This document shows, one piece after another, positions 29,842-40,091 of a stretch of 64,000 nucleotides of DNA. The first letter of the stretch is position 1. Each line of letters starts with the position of its first letter. The stretch lies in the sequence record MT446416.1. The stretch is one strand, 5' to 3'. Both the position numbers and the translations under genes were made by a program. The notes under the pieces were generated by a model. The model made no database searches, had not been told where the DNA came from, and saw nothing but the letters and a program-made list of their open reading frames with translations.

Positions 29842-30221
29842 AGTTTTTTCCAGTCCAATGAATCGAAATCGATTTGTTCAGGATTATCAACAGCGACAAC
29901 TCGTGCATTATGAAGAGTTTCAAAGTAGCCGTTCCACGGTGTTCGTAATGGAACAGTCACATCGCCAACTTTAACCAAGAATGAATATTCTGGTGATATT
30001 GGGTCAAACCACTCTTTTTGTTTAGCATTTTCTATGATAGTTTCGTGTTCATTTGTATAGCAATTAGATTGCTTCATATAAAACACCCAATGCTCTTTTA
30101 AGCACTGTAAAGCAGCCACTGCTTCCTCTTTAGAAGACCATTGAATATCAATTGTATTAAGAACGTCATAATAATTTTCAGTATCACCTGTAGTGTAATG
30201 TACTTCAATGCAGTATTTCAT
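29838..30221 (-). CDS. hypothetical protein
   Basis: ORF track. Confidence 0.7.
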   Translation of the reverse strand: MKYCIEVHYTTGDTENYYDVLNTIDIQWSSKEEAVAALQCLKEHWVFYMKQSNCYTNEHETIIENAKQKEWFDPISPEYSFLVKVGDVTVPLRTPWNGYFETLHNARVVAVDNPEQIDFDSLDWKKL

Positions 30222-30676
30222 TATTCATCACCTTTTAGTAATTTACAAATTTCAATCATATGATAATAACATGTATTCCAAAATTGCCCATTAGTACTAC
30301 CAACATCATGCACAGTACTTTGTTGGAAAACATATTCATCATTGAACAACTTTTTAATATCATCAATGTAAAATTCTGGTTTTGAATCATTATTGTATTC
30401 AATACTCGTTTCACCATCTGGATCAAGTGAAATTGATGATATATCGTGAATGCCTATCGGATTTGTTGGATAAATTCTCAACGTAAGAGGATAGAAGTCT
30501 GGATCGGTTTCATATGTATATTCGATTATGTAATTACCATCTCCAGTAATTGATTGATATTTAAATGTAGTTTCAATTGAATTTGAGATGTTAAATCCCA
30601 GTCTCTTTATCTCATGTAGATGTAATAATATTTTATGTAAAGTTCCTAAAACATGAATCAAATTATCAATTTTCAT
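30221..30676 (-). CDS. FQxST-motif paralogue
   Basis: NDEYVFQQSTVHD. Confidence 0.7.
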   Translation of the reverse strand: MKIDNLIHVLGTLHKILLHLHEIKRLGFNISNSIETTFKYQSITGDGNYIIEYTYETDPDFYPLTLRIYPTNPIGIHDISSISLDPDGETSIEYNNDSKPEFYIDDIKKLFNDEYVFQQSTVHDVGSTNGQFWNTCYYHMIEICKLLKGDE

Positions 30677-31215
30677 TTACGGTCCTTTGAAAAGTTCAGT
30701 TTAAAAGTTTTACCAAATTCCATTGTAGCTTTACCCAGATTGTTAATATTTTCTTTCAACATTTCTTGCATCTTCCTAATACTTTCATTCCAGGCTTCTT
30801 CTTCTTTGCGGAGGATTGGTCGCAATCGTTCCTGAATATCGTTAAAACGTGTATTGAGTTCAACCAATGATTCATATGTGAAATCTTTCATATCGATGAT
30901 AGTACTACGTTGAAAGAATTCTTCTTCGGATAAATTACTCAAAATGATTTTATCACTACCAATAGATAATGTCAATTCATCATCTTGATTTTTTTTAATT
31001 ACAATACGTACAGGTGATTTTATAGTAATGTGAACATCATGATTATTAAAAGTTTCAGTTTTGTTTGACGTTCTGAATTGTAGTCTTCCGGTTAGTGCGT
31101 GTACTGGCATTGGTTTCTTTTTACCAGTAATAACATCTTCCCACGAATCAAGGATATTATTAATAATTTTAACATAAGGAACTGTCATATATGCACCTAT
31201 GAAAAATCCACGCAT
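30673..31215 (-). CDS. FQxST-motif paralogue
   Basis: SEEEFFQRSTIID. Confidence 0.7.
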   Translation of the reverse strand: MRGFFIGAYMTVPYVKIINNILDSWEDVITGKKKPMPVHALTGRLQFRTSNKTETFNNHDVHITIKSPVRIVIKKNQDDELTLSIGSDKIILSNLSEEEFFQRSTIIDMKDFTYESLVELNTRFNDIQERLRPILRKEEEAWNESIRKMQEMLKENINNLGKATMEFGKTFKLNFSKDRK

Positions 31216-31230
31216 AGCGTGGATCTGTAA

Positions 31231-31761
31231 TTAATCGAGTATAGTAACTTCAATCAAACGAATTTCGATGAATTCGTTTTCAGTTTCCCATGATGAACCT
31301 AATTTCTTATTAAGTTCAGTTTTAACATCACTTTTAAATTTTCCCATAGTATTAGGAATAATTTGTTTGGTTAGTTTGTCATAACCACAATAAAACATAG
31401 GTTTCTCCCTTCGAGATATTAGAACAACAAAATCCTTTGGATATGCAGGTATATTATGCATCACTTCATGAATGCACTCAGTACTTGAATCTTGTACTTT
31501 GTACATTACATTAAGTTTACCTTTGAAAGTGCTAATCATATCAACAATAATACCTTTACCAGATTTAAGTAAAGTTCCATTCTTTGTATGAGAACAATAG
31601 AATACCTCATCACCAATATTAGGATAGTACAAATTAAATTCTAATTCTTCCTTTGATGACTGACGTTGAAATTTCATTACACGTTCAGTATAGGTGGGGT
31701 AGTTCTTCATGTTCAAAAGAATATCTCTCGTAGTAAGTGTGATATAACTGGCATAGTCCAT
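31231..31761 (-). CDS. hypothetical protein
   Basis: ORF track; true start probably MKNYP. Confidence 0.6.
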   Translation of the reverse strand: MDYASYITLTTRDILLNMKNYPTYTERVMKFQRQSSKEELEFNLYYPNIGDEVFYCSHTKNGTLLKSGKGIIVDMISTFKGKLNVMYKVQDSSTECIHEVMHNIPAYPKDFVVLISRREKPMFYCGYDKLTKQIIPNTMGKFKSDVKTELNKKLGSSWETENEFIEIRLIEVTILD

Positions 31762-33602
31762 CCATTCCCAAGCATTTTATATGCTTGTGTCTTACTAGAC
31801 ACTTTAAAGAAATCTTCAGGAACGCCCTGTAATTTACAACATTCTACTACACTTAAGTGTCTATAGTCAATATTTCTTTTACCATTCTCTAATAGATATT
31901 GACGATTAATCATTGGGTCACGAAACACCAATTGTCGTCTTGATTTATTAAAGTACTGGTTGCAATCACCACCCTTAAAATAGTTAGCATCTATACAGTA
32001 CGAAGCGGTCCTGTCAGTGTACCAACCATCTTCAATGATATCTTGAAGTTTAGGGGCATTTGATAATGCAGGTGGTATAAAAAGCTTATCAGTACTGCAC
32101 CAGTAGTATCTCTGCCTGAAGTGAGGCGTATAATGCTGGGAATTTATCAGTACTGGTGTCATCTCAAGAACACTATTAATATATTGCTTGAAATCTTCTT
32201 TCATTTTAACATTCTCGAACAGTACTTTCAAGTCTGGATTGAGACTTTTTATGTGCTCATAAATGTCAACCATTGTATGAAACAACATTCCACGCGGATC
32301 ATTTATTCCACCCTGTTTACCTGCAACAGACCAAGATTGACAATTGTGCACAACTATGTTATTTGCGGTATATGTATTGTCAACGGCAACTTCAAAATTA
32401 TATACGGTTTTCCATTCACCTGTCGAAATACTTGTTTTTATACCTTTAACCCATGAATAATTTTCGTCATAAAAAGCTTCCTCTTTTTTGGGTTTGTCTT
32501 TTTTATATGATAAAACATAATACGGTTTTTGGTTTACAATTCGTCCCTCAATAACTTTAGTTTTTTCTGGTTCGGTAAGGCTTATGTTGGAATGTCTTCC
32601 GTAAACGTTCATTATTAATTGTTGGACACCTAATACACAGTCTATTGATGTTGTAGTGAATTTATAACAATTACTATCAATATGACCATCTGCATCAAAA
32701 TATCCATCAAGGAATGCTTTTTGGTTCTGTACACATTCATTGAATAAATCGGGATGAACTTTCTTATTAGATGCACCTTTACCCATTTGTTCACAGAATT
32801 CAACGAGTTCTTTTGAACATATATAAAATTTATATGATGTTCTTTCTTTGACATAATTATATTTCATGTTCATACCTTCAAAACACGAAATCAATTCATC
32901 AAATTCATCATGTGCACAACAGATGAAAACTCTATACTGGTAACTATTCTTTCTATTATTACGCTTTACTTTATAAGTCCATCCGTCACCCATAAAGCGT
33001 CCCATAAAATACCAGAATTTTTCATCTTTTGATGATTTACTAGATTCAATTGATTTAACATTACAAAGAAAATGTTCAGATGTTAATTCGTGTGCCTCAA
33101 CCCATTCAGGTTCAGTGAAGGATCGTTCAGATTGTCTAATTCTGTTATTCCAGCTAGACGACATTTTTCTAGCATAAAATGGATGATTATCAGTGCATTC
33201 AATTGGGATATGACCTTGACCAGTTATAATACGGGTTGGTGCTTTTTTAACACCTGTACTCAATACTGGATGATATTGTCCAGTATGTGTTAGTACCATG
33301 TCACCAACTTGAATGTCTTTAATGTCTTTATGACCTTTATCGGTCATTATCATTGTTCCTTCCGTGAAGCACGGGAACCCTCCCATGAGAAGGTCAATTT
33401 TATCCCACTCAATATCCCATTCTCTCCATTTAGTTACATCACCCAATTGGGTGATATCAGGAAAGTTAGCTTGAGATTCAGCTATTGCGTACTTGTCAAT
33501 TTCGGATGAATAATATTTTTCAACAGGGATACCAGCATCTTTTAATGCCATGTATCCCACACTCATCCCATTAAAAAGAGATAGTACTCGGATAGGTTTC
33601 AT
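31713..33602 (-). CDS. C5 DNA cytosine methyltransferase containing an intein
   Basis: Motif I VLSLFNGM, EID, motif IV GGFP-[intein]-CQSWSVAG, motif VI FENV, motif VIII RQRYYW, motif X LGNGW. Confidence 0.9.
   Translation of the reverse strand: MKPIRVLSLFNGMSVGYMALKDAGIPVEKYYSSEIDKYAIAESQANFPDITQLGDVTKWREWDIEWDKIDLLMGGFPCFTEGTMIMTDKGHKDIKDIQVGDMVLTHTGQYHPVLSTGVKKAPTRIITGQGHIPIECTDNHPFYARKMSSSWNNRIRQSERSFTEPEWVEAHELTSEHFLCNVKSIESSKSSKDEKFWYFMGRFMGDGWTYKVKRNNRKNSYQYRVFICCAHDEFDELISCFEGMNMKYNYVKERTSYKFYICSKELVEFCEQMGKGASNKKVHPDLFNECVQNQKAFLDGYFDADGHIDSNCYKFTTTSIDCVLGVQQLIMNVYGRHSNISLTEPEKTKVIEGRIVNQKPYYVLSYKKDKPKKEEAFYDENYSWVKGIKTSISTGEWKTVYNFEVAVDNTYTANNIVVHNCQSWSVAGKQGGINDPRGMLFHTMVDIYEHIKSLNPDLKVLFENVKMKEDFKQYINSVLEMTPVLINSQHYTPHFRQRYYWCSTDKLFIPPALSNAPKLQDIIEDGWYTDRTASYCIDANYFKGGDCNQYFNKSRRQLVFRDPMINRQYLLENGKRNIDYRHLSVVECCKLQGVPEDFFKVSSKTQAYKMLGNGWTMPVISHLLREIFF
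32343..33371 (-). mobile_element. intein (343 aa) with LAGLIDADG homing endonuclease
   Basis: Starts CFTEGTMIMT, block B ECTDNHPF, YFMGRFMGDG and FLDGYFDADG motifs, ends VYNFEVAVDNTYTANNIVVHN|C. Confidence 0.93.
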
Positions 33603-33654
33603 ATAAAATCCTTTTTATATTGTTAAGGTACTATAATATATTATAGCATCTTAT

Positions 33655-33945
33655 TTAGAAATCTCCCAAACTTTTTTCATCACACCATCGTGATGTGCAG
33701 ATGATTGCAGATGCCAAAATTGAAGCACTTGCTCGGCCTCCACCGAGTAAGTACTGGCTAATGACACCAATCATATTGAAGACTTTATCATACTCAGCAA
33801 GGAGTTCGAAATCCTTCTTCCAACATTGATATTCTTCTTCAGTAACATTAAACTCATCACCAAGTTCATTTAAAATCTTTTTTAGTACTGCACGATGTTC
33901 ACTCATCGGATTCCCCATATCGTTCGTCGTAAAAATCATCATCAC
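33655..33945 (-). CDS. hypothetical protein
   Basis: ORF track; start uncertain. Confidence 0.55.
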   Translation of the reverse strand: MMMIFTTNDMGNPMSEHRAVLKKILNELGDEFNVTEEEYQCWKKDFELLAEYDKVFNMIGVISQYLLGGGRASASILASAIICTSRWCDEKSLGDF

Positions 33946-33984
33946 GGTCCAACGGTTCTTTTGGTTTTTCTGTCATATATTTCC

Positions 33985-34245
33985 TCACATGGTAAATGTA
34001 TTATCACCATCCATATCTTCATCTGTAGCTTCAGCTAAGGTCTTAATCGTCAATAATTCACGCTTCACGTACAACATGAAGACCTTTTCATAATTACCAA
34101 ACATCATCTCAGGTGACATGTAATTCTCCGTTACAATGACGATTGGGCGGCCCTGTGACAGCATACGAAACATAGTACGGTATTTGTCAAAGGTGCGAAA
34201 TTCATCCATGTTCATCATGTGGCGTTTACGAACTACTTTAGTCAT
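33985..34245 (-). CDS. hypothetical protein
   Basis: ORF track. Confidence 0.65.
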   Translation of the reverse strand: MTKVVRKRHMMNMDEFRTFDKYRTMFRMLSQGRPIVIVTENYMSPEMMFGNYEKVFMLYVKRELLTIKTLAEATDEDMDGDNTFTM

Positions 34246-34259
34246 TTTGATACCTTTAG

Positions 34260-34715
34260 TTAATTGAACTCGATTTCTGGATAATGATTATAGAACATCT
34301 CACGTACTGCGTCAAGCTGTTCTTTAAATTTCTCAATGTCATCAAGAGTTAGTACAGTATCACTAACAGTACTCAACTGAAAAAGTGTCTCTTCAGTACT
34401 GTTTTCTGATAAATCAAATGTACATGATGAATCATCTGATATAATATTATCACATATTTCAAATGTGTCAATATGAACATCATTGAGTAGATCACCACTA
34501 TAATCATTATATATGAACACAAAAATGTATGATGGTTTTTTTATCTCAGTTTCTGACTCATAGGCTACCAAATCATATGTAACGTAACATTTAAAGTCAG
34601 GTGAATCGTATTCCATAGATACAATTCCTATATCACGATATTGATTCGTTTCACTGATTAAATCCGGTATAGGTGTAATACCAAGTAAATGAAAAAACTG
34701 TCCTGGATTTAGCAT
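34260..34715 (-). CDS. FQxST-motif paralogue
   Basis: TEETLFQLSTVSD. Confidence 0.7.
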   Translation of the reverse strand: MLNPGQFFHLLGITPIPDLISETNQYRDIGIVSMEYDSPDFKCYVTYDLVAYESETEIKKPSYIFVFIYNDYSGDLLNDVHIDTFEICDNIISDDSSCTFDLSENSTEETLFQLSTVSDTVLTLDDIEKFKEQLDAVREMFYNHYPEIEFN

Positions 34716-35164
34716 TTGATTACCTTCGGGTTTTGCTCTGTGATATCAAACATAGATAGAACGAAATCATTTAGCTTTTCAACACAATTGATTATAGTGC
34801 TTAAATCAGAATAACTAACTGTTAAATTTTTAACAAGAGATTCCTGAAAGTATCCTTCTTCAGTTGAGCAATAACTCACATTTGAGATAGTCTCATAATG
34901 TATATCTTTGCTTGTTTTACATGTTATAATTTCTATTATATCCGATGTTGTGTTATATAATAATATAAATGTTGTTGTTCGTGAATTCTTATTGTAAAAT
35001 GCGAGTTCTGTGCTGTCATATGTTTTCTCAATAAGAACATTGTACTCTTCCGAAAATGATGTGGAAATTCTAATTATCTCTTCTGGATCAGGAACATAAG
35101 AGCCATCAAATTTACAAGACAATGCAATTTCAAAATGATTTTTTATTTCATCAATTTTCATCAT
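34709..35164 (-). CDS. FQxST-motif paralogue
   Basis: TEEGYFQESLVKN. Confidence 0.7.
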   Translation of the reverse strand: MMKIDEIKNHFEIALSCKFDGSYVPDPEEIIRISTSFSEEYNVLIEKTYDSTELAFYNKNSRTTTFILLYNTTSDIIEIITCKTSKDIHYETISNVSYCSTEEGYFQESLVKNLTVSYSDLSTIINCVEKLNDFVLSMFDITEQNPKVIKC

Positions 35165-35556
35165 AGCTCACCATTTAATTTGCTATTTACATATTCTAAT
35201 GCTTTTTTAGCAATGCCAATTTCGGTAACTCCTATTACATTTTTCTCGATTAACGACAATTGAAATAGTTCATCTTCATCAATATCAATACTATGGGTTC
35301 TTGACCAATAATAATTGAAGTCATATGCATATCGTATTGTATTTTCTTTAATATCAAGTACCAATATGACCATACCATCGTGTAGGTATGTCAGTGTTTT
35401 TCCGTATATATTAAAAATTAACCTATCTGGTGTACCCAATGGAAGATGAATTATATTTTGTGTAGTTCCAACAATAACAAAATCATTATCTATATTTTTA
35501 TTCAAGTCACCTAGAATGTCATATATAGTAGTCATGTTAATCTTGACCCTCAGCAT
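35161..35556 (-). CDS. FQxST-motif paralogue
   Basis: DEDELFQLSLIEK. Confidence 0.7.
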   Translation of the reverse strand: MLRVKINMTTIYDILGDLNKNIDNDFVIVGTTQNIIHLPLGTPDRLIFNIYGKTLTYLHDGMVILVLDIKENTIRYAYDFNYYWSRTHSIDIDEDELFQLSLIEKNVIGVTEIGIAKKALEYVNSKLNGEL

Positions 35557-35941
35557 TTCTGATGATTCGCATTACTTCTCTGGATAGGTCGAATACTTTT
35601 TTATAGTACTCAAATGTAACTGAACCAAAATCATTAACAGTACTATCCATGAAGAACGATTCTTCGGTGCAATACACACCTGTAATTGAAACATGCTCTT
35701 GATGGAATTTAGCATCTTTCCAGTAACGGAATTCGAAAATAAATTGCCCGTCATGACCAACCCTACAACACTCGGCACGGTCACTGTCTACACAGCTAAT
35801 CACAATATCCCTCTCGGAGTCATACCAGATATTTCCAATATTTGTTTCAATAACTGCATAATCAATTTTTGTAGAATTGGGAATTAAACCTTTTTTTACC
35901 AGTACTAGACTGGTATTATCAATATCCAGAAAACTTACCAT
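35537..35941 (-). CDS. FQxST-motif paralogue
   Basis: TEESFFMDSTVND. Confidence 0.7.
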   Translation of the reverse strand: MVSFLDIDNTSLVLVKKGLIPNSTKIDYAVIETNIGNIWYDSERDIVISCVDSDRAECCRVGHDGQFIFEFRYWKDAKFHQEHVSITGVYCTEESFFMDSTVNDFGSVTFEYYKKVFDLSREVMRIIRNAEGQD

Positions 35942-35942
35942 A

Positions 35943-36353
35943 TCAACTCCCCACTATTACTGTGTTTTTAATTTCTAACAATTCACTATACATCTTCTTC
36001 AATTGTACAATATCTTCATATAAAATACCACCCATATCATCAATCAAAGAACGTTGAAATAGTGATTCATCTGACTGTATTGTGTCCAAATCAGAAATTT
36101 TCAAAACTGTATCTGGGTTTAGTGTGTTTACAATAAGTTTGTTTGTGTATGGTACGTATGTGATCTTGATATTCATTTCTGAATCAAGGGCATACAACCT
36201 CAAAACTGACAAATCACCACAAAGTTGGATTTTTGGTTCATCAAACTCATCAGACCACCACATAGTACTAGTCATATAATTGACGTGTTGGTTCAAATGT
36301 GATATATCCAAATCGAAATAATATTTTAGTTCATTGTGTAAATCTAAACTCAT
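35943..36353 (-). CDS. FQxST-motif paralogue
   Basis: SDESLFQRSLIDD. Confidence 0.7.
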   Translation of the reverse strand: MSLDLHNELKYYFDLDISHLNQHVNYMTSTMWWSDEFDEPKIQLCGDLSVLRLYALDSEMNIKITYVPYTNKLIVNTLNPDTVLKISDLDTIQSDESLFQRSLIDDMGGILYEDIVQLKKMYSELLEIKNTVIVGS

Positions 36354-36383
36354 AAATTTATCCTCTATGCATCATTATCTTAC

Positions 36384-36412
36384 ATTGTAGGATAAACCCA
36401 CGATAATGTCAA
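36384..36412 (-). promoter_or_regulatory. sigma-70-like promoter
   Basis: TTGACA-N17-TACAAT. Confidence 0.65.
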
Positions 36413-36804
36413 GATGTGAATTGCTTATACCAGTGATACAATTCTTTTAATTCTTCAGTACTGAATAGAACATCTTCAATCGTTGTTTGTTGGAAGTGGT
36501 AATCTTCGTTTAAGTACATTGAAATATTTTTATATACTTTTCGATTACATTTTCCAAGAAACGATGTTCTTTTGGATGTGTATTCAATAAATGTTAACTT
36601 ATCTAATTCTATATCCAATGACAATTTAGTACAGTATTCAGTATCATCTACGTACATAAGTTTATTTGAATAACAATCAACTGTGATATATTCTTTATGT
36701 GAGAATTGATATATACCATTAAATTTTTTACCATTTGTACTTCTGAATTTTTCAAGGTAATAAGATAGTGGTTTAGATATTGTACTACCAATAGTATTAT
36801 TCAT
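36409..36804 (-). CDS. FQxST-motif paralogue
   Basis: NEDYHFQQTTIED. Confidence 0.7.
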   Translation of the reverse strand: MNNTIGSTISKPLSYYLEKFRSTNGKKFNGIYQFSHKEYITVDCYSNKLMYVDDTEYCTKLSLDIELDKLTFIEYTSKRTSFLGKCNRKVYKNISMYLNEDYHFQQTTIEDVLFSTEELKELYHWYKQFTS

Positions 36805-36826
36805 AGAACCTCAAAATTTAGACAAG

Positions 36827-36850
36827 AAAAATGCCCCGAAGATCGGGGCA
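36827..36850 (-). terminator. intrinsic terminator
   Basis: TGCCCCGA-TCT-TCGGGGCA then T5. Confidence 0.75.
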
Positions 36851-36966
36851 GTACGAAAAAGATTTTGTACAAAAAAGGGGAATAATACAATCAAATAAAA
36901 TGATAACGTATCATTATTATGTAAGGGAGGAAAGTAACATGATAATGTTAACCATTGCTGGTATAA

Positions 36967-37518
36967 TTATTTATCATTTAATTCTTTTAATTGAGCTTGT
37001 ATATCACCAGAAAGTTTGCGGATTTTCTTGAAACAGTACACGCTATCATCAAGTTCAAGTTCTAGACCGTGAGTGATTGCATAAAGCATTTCAGCAAGCA
37101 CTAGATCCTGACGCATCCAGTTACCATTCTTATAGGTTGTCATTACACAATACGGACAGTGGCTGTTTCCGGTTTGTTTACCCAGGAATACAGATTGGAT
37201 TGTATCATGCTTGAAACCTACAAAAGATTGGTTGATCTTATTGATTTCAGCTACAACGTCCATTTGTGCACCAGTGTTAATTGCAAACACTTCATCACCG
37301 TTCTCGGTTTTGTTGATGTTTAGTTCAATATCACTACCAAGTTTACGAACAGCCAATGTATAAAGTAGGATTTCATACATATCATAATTAGTTGTTTCGC
37401 CATTTGGTGCAGTTACATCGAGACTAACACCATGCATTTTTACTTCAGTACTGAATCCATCTTTATCTGCTAGAAAATCAGTGATTTGTTCAGTTAGGAT
37501 TTTAATTTGGTCAATCAT
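36967..37518 (-). CDS. hypothetical protein
   Basis: ORF track; SD AAGGA. Confidence 0.75.
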   Translation of the reverse strand: MIDQIKILTEQITDFLADKDGFSTEVKMHGVSLDVTAPNGETTNYDMYEILLYTLAVRKLGSDIELNINKTENGDEVFAINTGAQMDVVAEINKINQSFVGFKHDTIQSVFLGKQTGNSHCPYCVMTTYKNGNWMRQDLVLAEMLYAITHGLELELDDSVYCFKKIRKLSGDIQAQLKELNDK

Positions 37519-37571
37519 TATTCATATCCTTATGTTGGAAAAGCCCCCATTACGGAGGCTTTTTAATCTAA

Positions 37572-38000
37572 TTATAGGGAAGCTTCGTATTCAGCTACAA
37601 TGTCAACCATCTCATTGACAAAGTTGATGTGGTCATGAGTTACTGTGCGGAAATCATAAACCAGTGATTGTTGGAAGAATACGTCTTCAGCCAGATTACC
37701 TTCAAAGTTCAGGTCGATGTTTTCTTCATCGTTGGTCGGAGCAACTTTGATATTTAGTTGATTTTCATCAACAACCAATTTCACAACACAACCCAATGCA
37801 ATCGCCAGTACATAAGCAGGTTTCTTCGCCGCTTCAGAACGGAATGGAGCACGTAGAGCACAAATGGTGCTGCTAATCTCATCATTCTGTTCTTTATATT
37901 TAACGTTAATCATCAGTTCTTCAATTTTGACGCTCTCGATTACACGACCAGTTTCAGCAGCGAAGAAAGAGTGGTTACGGATAGTTTGTTCGATATTCAT
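37572..38000 (-). CDS. FQxST-motif paralogue
   Basis: AEDVFFQQSLVYD. Confidence 0.7.
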   Translation of the reverse strand: MNIEQTIRNHSFFAAETGRVIESVKIEELMINVKYKEQNDEISSTICALRAPFRSEAAKKPAYVLAIALGCVVKLVVDENQLNIKVAPTNDEENIDLNFEGNLAEDVFFQQSLVYDFRTVTHDHINFVNEMVDIVAEYEASL

Positions 38001-38003
38001 GTG

Positions 38004-38198
38004 TTATTCCTTATATAGATTGCTAAAGTTACGAAGATTACGGTTTGCTTTAAACTGTTTTAAATCACCAAATCTATCATCAACGATAAAAGTGGCAGCC
38101 TGTTTTGATTGGCATATTGTACAAATCAACATACCCTGTATTGTATACTCGGTTGAACAATTTGTACAGTACTTTTTTTCATAAAGTTCAGTACTCAT
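38004..38198 (-). CDS. small Zn-finger protein
   Basis: CTNC..ICTIC. Confidence 0.6.
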   Translation of the reverse strand: MSTELYEKKYCTNCSTEYTIQGMLICTICQSKQAATFIVDDRFGDLKQFKANRNLRNFSNLYKE

Positions 38199-38530
38199 AA
38201 AACCTTCACATCACTACGTTTATCTCTTTCTTCTTTCTTTACCTCATCGGAGCGGGTATCTTCTAATTGTAACACAACTTCTTTCAGAATGTCAACATCA
38301 ATCATTGCTTCTTTGTATTGAAAGTCGTTTACGCCGAAAATATACTTCAATGCAACCCATACACGTTTGTACCATTTTAAGAAAGGATTCAAACGCATAC
38401 TCACCAGACATTGACCAAGTTTATCATCTCCATGTTCTTGTGTCAAGTCAAATTGTGAAATGTGAACACAATGTTCCGTATTATCGCCACAACTACAACG
38501 TACTATAAATTCTTTGCTGTCTTTGCTCAT
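38195..38530 (-). CDS. hypothetical protein
   Basis: ORF track; CSC..EHC. Confidence 0.65.
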   Translation of the reverse strand: MSKDSKEFIVRCSCGDNTEHCVHISQFDLTQEHGDDKLGQCLVSMRLNPFLKWYKRVWVALKYIFGVNDFQYKEAMIDVDILKEVVLQLEDTRSDEVKKEERDKRSDVKVL

Positions 38531-38949
38531 ACTGGATAAGCCTTCATAAATTGTTTTAGAACTCCAAACTTAGAAGCACTGTAATCATACTGATAACTTA
38601 GCTCACGTTTATCATTCATTCGATAAACCATATGATTGTTTGGATAACCAATTCTAACAGGTTTGATAGGATTTGCAAGCAAAATTGCCCATTCTTTTAC
38701 AGGAAAAACGTTTTCAGATAACATCTTCACATCTTTACTGTAATACTTCATTGCTTGGGTACAGTGCTTGTAATCTTCTGCACTCAGTTCTTCACACACA
38801 ACACTGTGCGTTTCAGTACTGGATACCCATGTCTCTTCTTCATAATATAAGTCAATTACATCTTCTACGGTATAGCTATCAGGTAGATCATAATATACCC
38901 AATTACTAAAACCAGAGCTTACACCAACTCGAATTCGATAGTACTTCAT
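38527..38949 (-). CDS. hypothetical protein
   Basis: ORF track. Confidence 0.65.
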   Translation of the reverse strand: MKYYRIRVGVSSGFSNWVYYDLPDSYTVEDVIDLYYEEETWVSSTETHSVVCEELSAEDYKHCTQAMKYYSKDVKMLSENVFPVKEWAILLANPIKPVRIGYPNNHMVYRMNDKRELSYQYDYSASKFGVLKQFMKAYPV

Positions 38950-39109
38950 ATTTTTTTATCATCCGATTTTACGTAATAGTAACATACAATGCAGTGAATT
39001 ACAAGAAGAATAATTTCTAATACATTCAGTGCCACGACATGCCCTTGTGGGACCGTAAGTGCCAATAACAACATTATAGTAGGTATTACGAATATTGTCC
39101 ATGTTTTTT

Positions 39110-39346
39110 TCATTTTATTTCCTTAATGTAGGCAAATGGTAAAAATACAACCTCTACACCAGGGAATGTTGTTGCAAGTGCATCAACTATAGACTTGTTT
39201 TTGTTACATTGCCAAACTTTTGTAACTTTGTGCTGAAATACTTTACCATCTTTTACTAGCCAATACATTTGCATCTTAACAGTACAGTTATCAGATGGTA
39301 TTAGTAAATCCTCTATATCATATGAATTAAAGATTCTCTCGTTCAT
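39110..39346 (-). CDS. hypothetical protein
   Basis: ORF track. Confidence 0.6.
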   Translation of the reverse strand: MNERIFNSYDIEDLLIPSDNCTVKMQMYWLVKDGKVFQHKVTKVWQCNKNKSIVDALATTFPGVEVVFLPFAYIKEIK

Positions 39347-39605
39347 ACAATCTCCTAGTGAAAAAAGCCAGATTCTTTCTTATATACTCGGCGACACAAT
39401 CAGTAGTCTGTGTATTTGTGAATGCAACAACTTCATTCGATACACCATTCCCATTACACAATGGACAAATCCCCATATACTTAGGTGTTGGAACTGTATC
39501 TAGTTTATATTTCCCTGAAGATATCATGTATTGTTGTGGTAATACATCCAAAGAAATAATATAATCATCATCGAATTGCTTACAACATACCCAACATTTA
39601 CTCAT
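39327..39605 (-). CDS. small Zn-finger protein
   Basis: CWVC..ICPLCNG. Confidence 0.6.
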   Translation of the reverse strand: MSKCWVCCKQFDDDYIISLDVLPQQYMISSGKYKLDTVPTPKYMGICPLCNGNGVSNEVVAFTNTQTTDCVAEYIRKNLAFFTRRLYERENL

Positions 39606-40089
39606 TGTGGTTCTCCTTCAAAACAATTCTTATATCTTCGAATGTTTGAACAAACCAGTCATGCTCATCAGATACATCAACCACCTTCCCACCATAAACA
39701 TAGTAATGATAGAAGGGTAACTTACTTTTCCTCAATCGTTCAGCAAGTTCTGGGTTTTGAAATATCTTAGCACATATTGCATCCTGGATACAAGAAATGC
39801 ATTCGGGTGTCATTTCAATACGGTCGTGCATATACTTGTTCGCCGCTGCTTTTGCAGCAGCACCCGACACTTTTCTAAGATCATCATGTTTCTGGCCTGT
39901 TAAAAACCAAAAATAAAAAGTTTCTACCGATGGGAACCAACCGTATGGTTCTAAGGTAAAACTATGTGACGAAAAGTTAGATAGATCCCTACCTAACTTA
40001 GTTTTAGCTTTACTATAGATATTAATGTGTCTGTATCCGTCATCAGTAGGGTCAATATAGTTAAATGACTCTTCAGGAAATTCAAACAT
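39598..40089 (-). CDS. NADAR-superfamily protein (T4 gp30.3-like)
   Basis: HINIYSKAKTKLGRDLSNF..FPSVETFY..AICAKIFQNPELAERL. Confidence 0.7.
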   Translation of the reverse strand: MFEFPEESFNYIDPTDDGYRHINIYSKAKTKLGRDLSNFSSHSFTLEPYGWFPSVETFYFWFLTGQKHDDLRKVSGAAAKAAANKYMHDRIEMTPECISCIQDAICAKIFQNPELAERLRKSKLPFYHYYVYGGKVVDVSDEHDWFVQTFEDIRIVLKENHNE

Positions 40090-40091
40090 AA

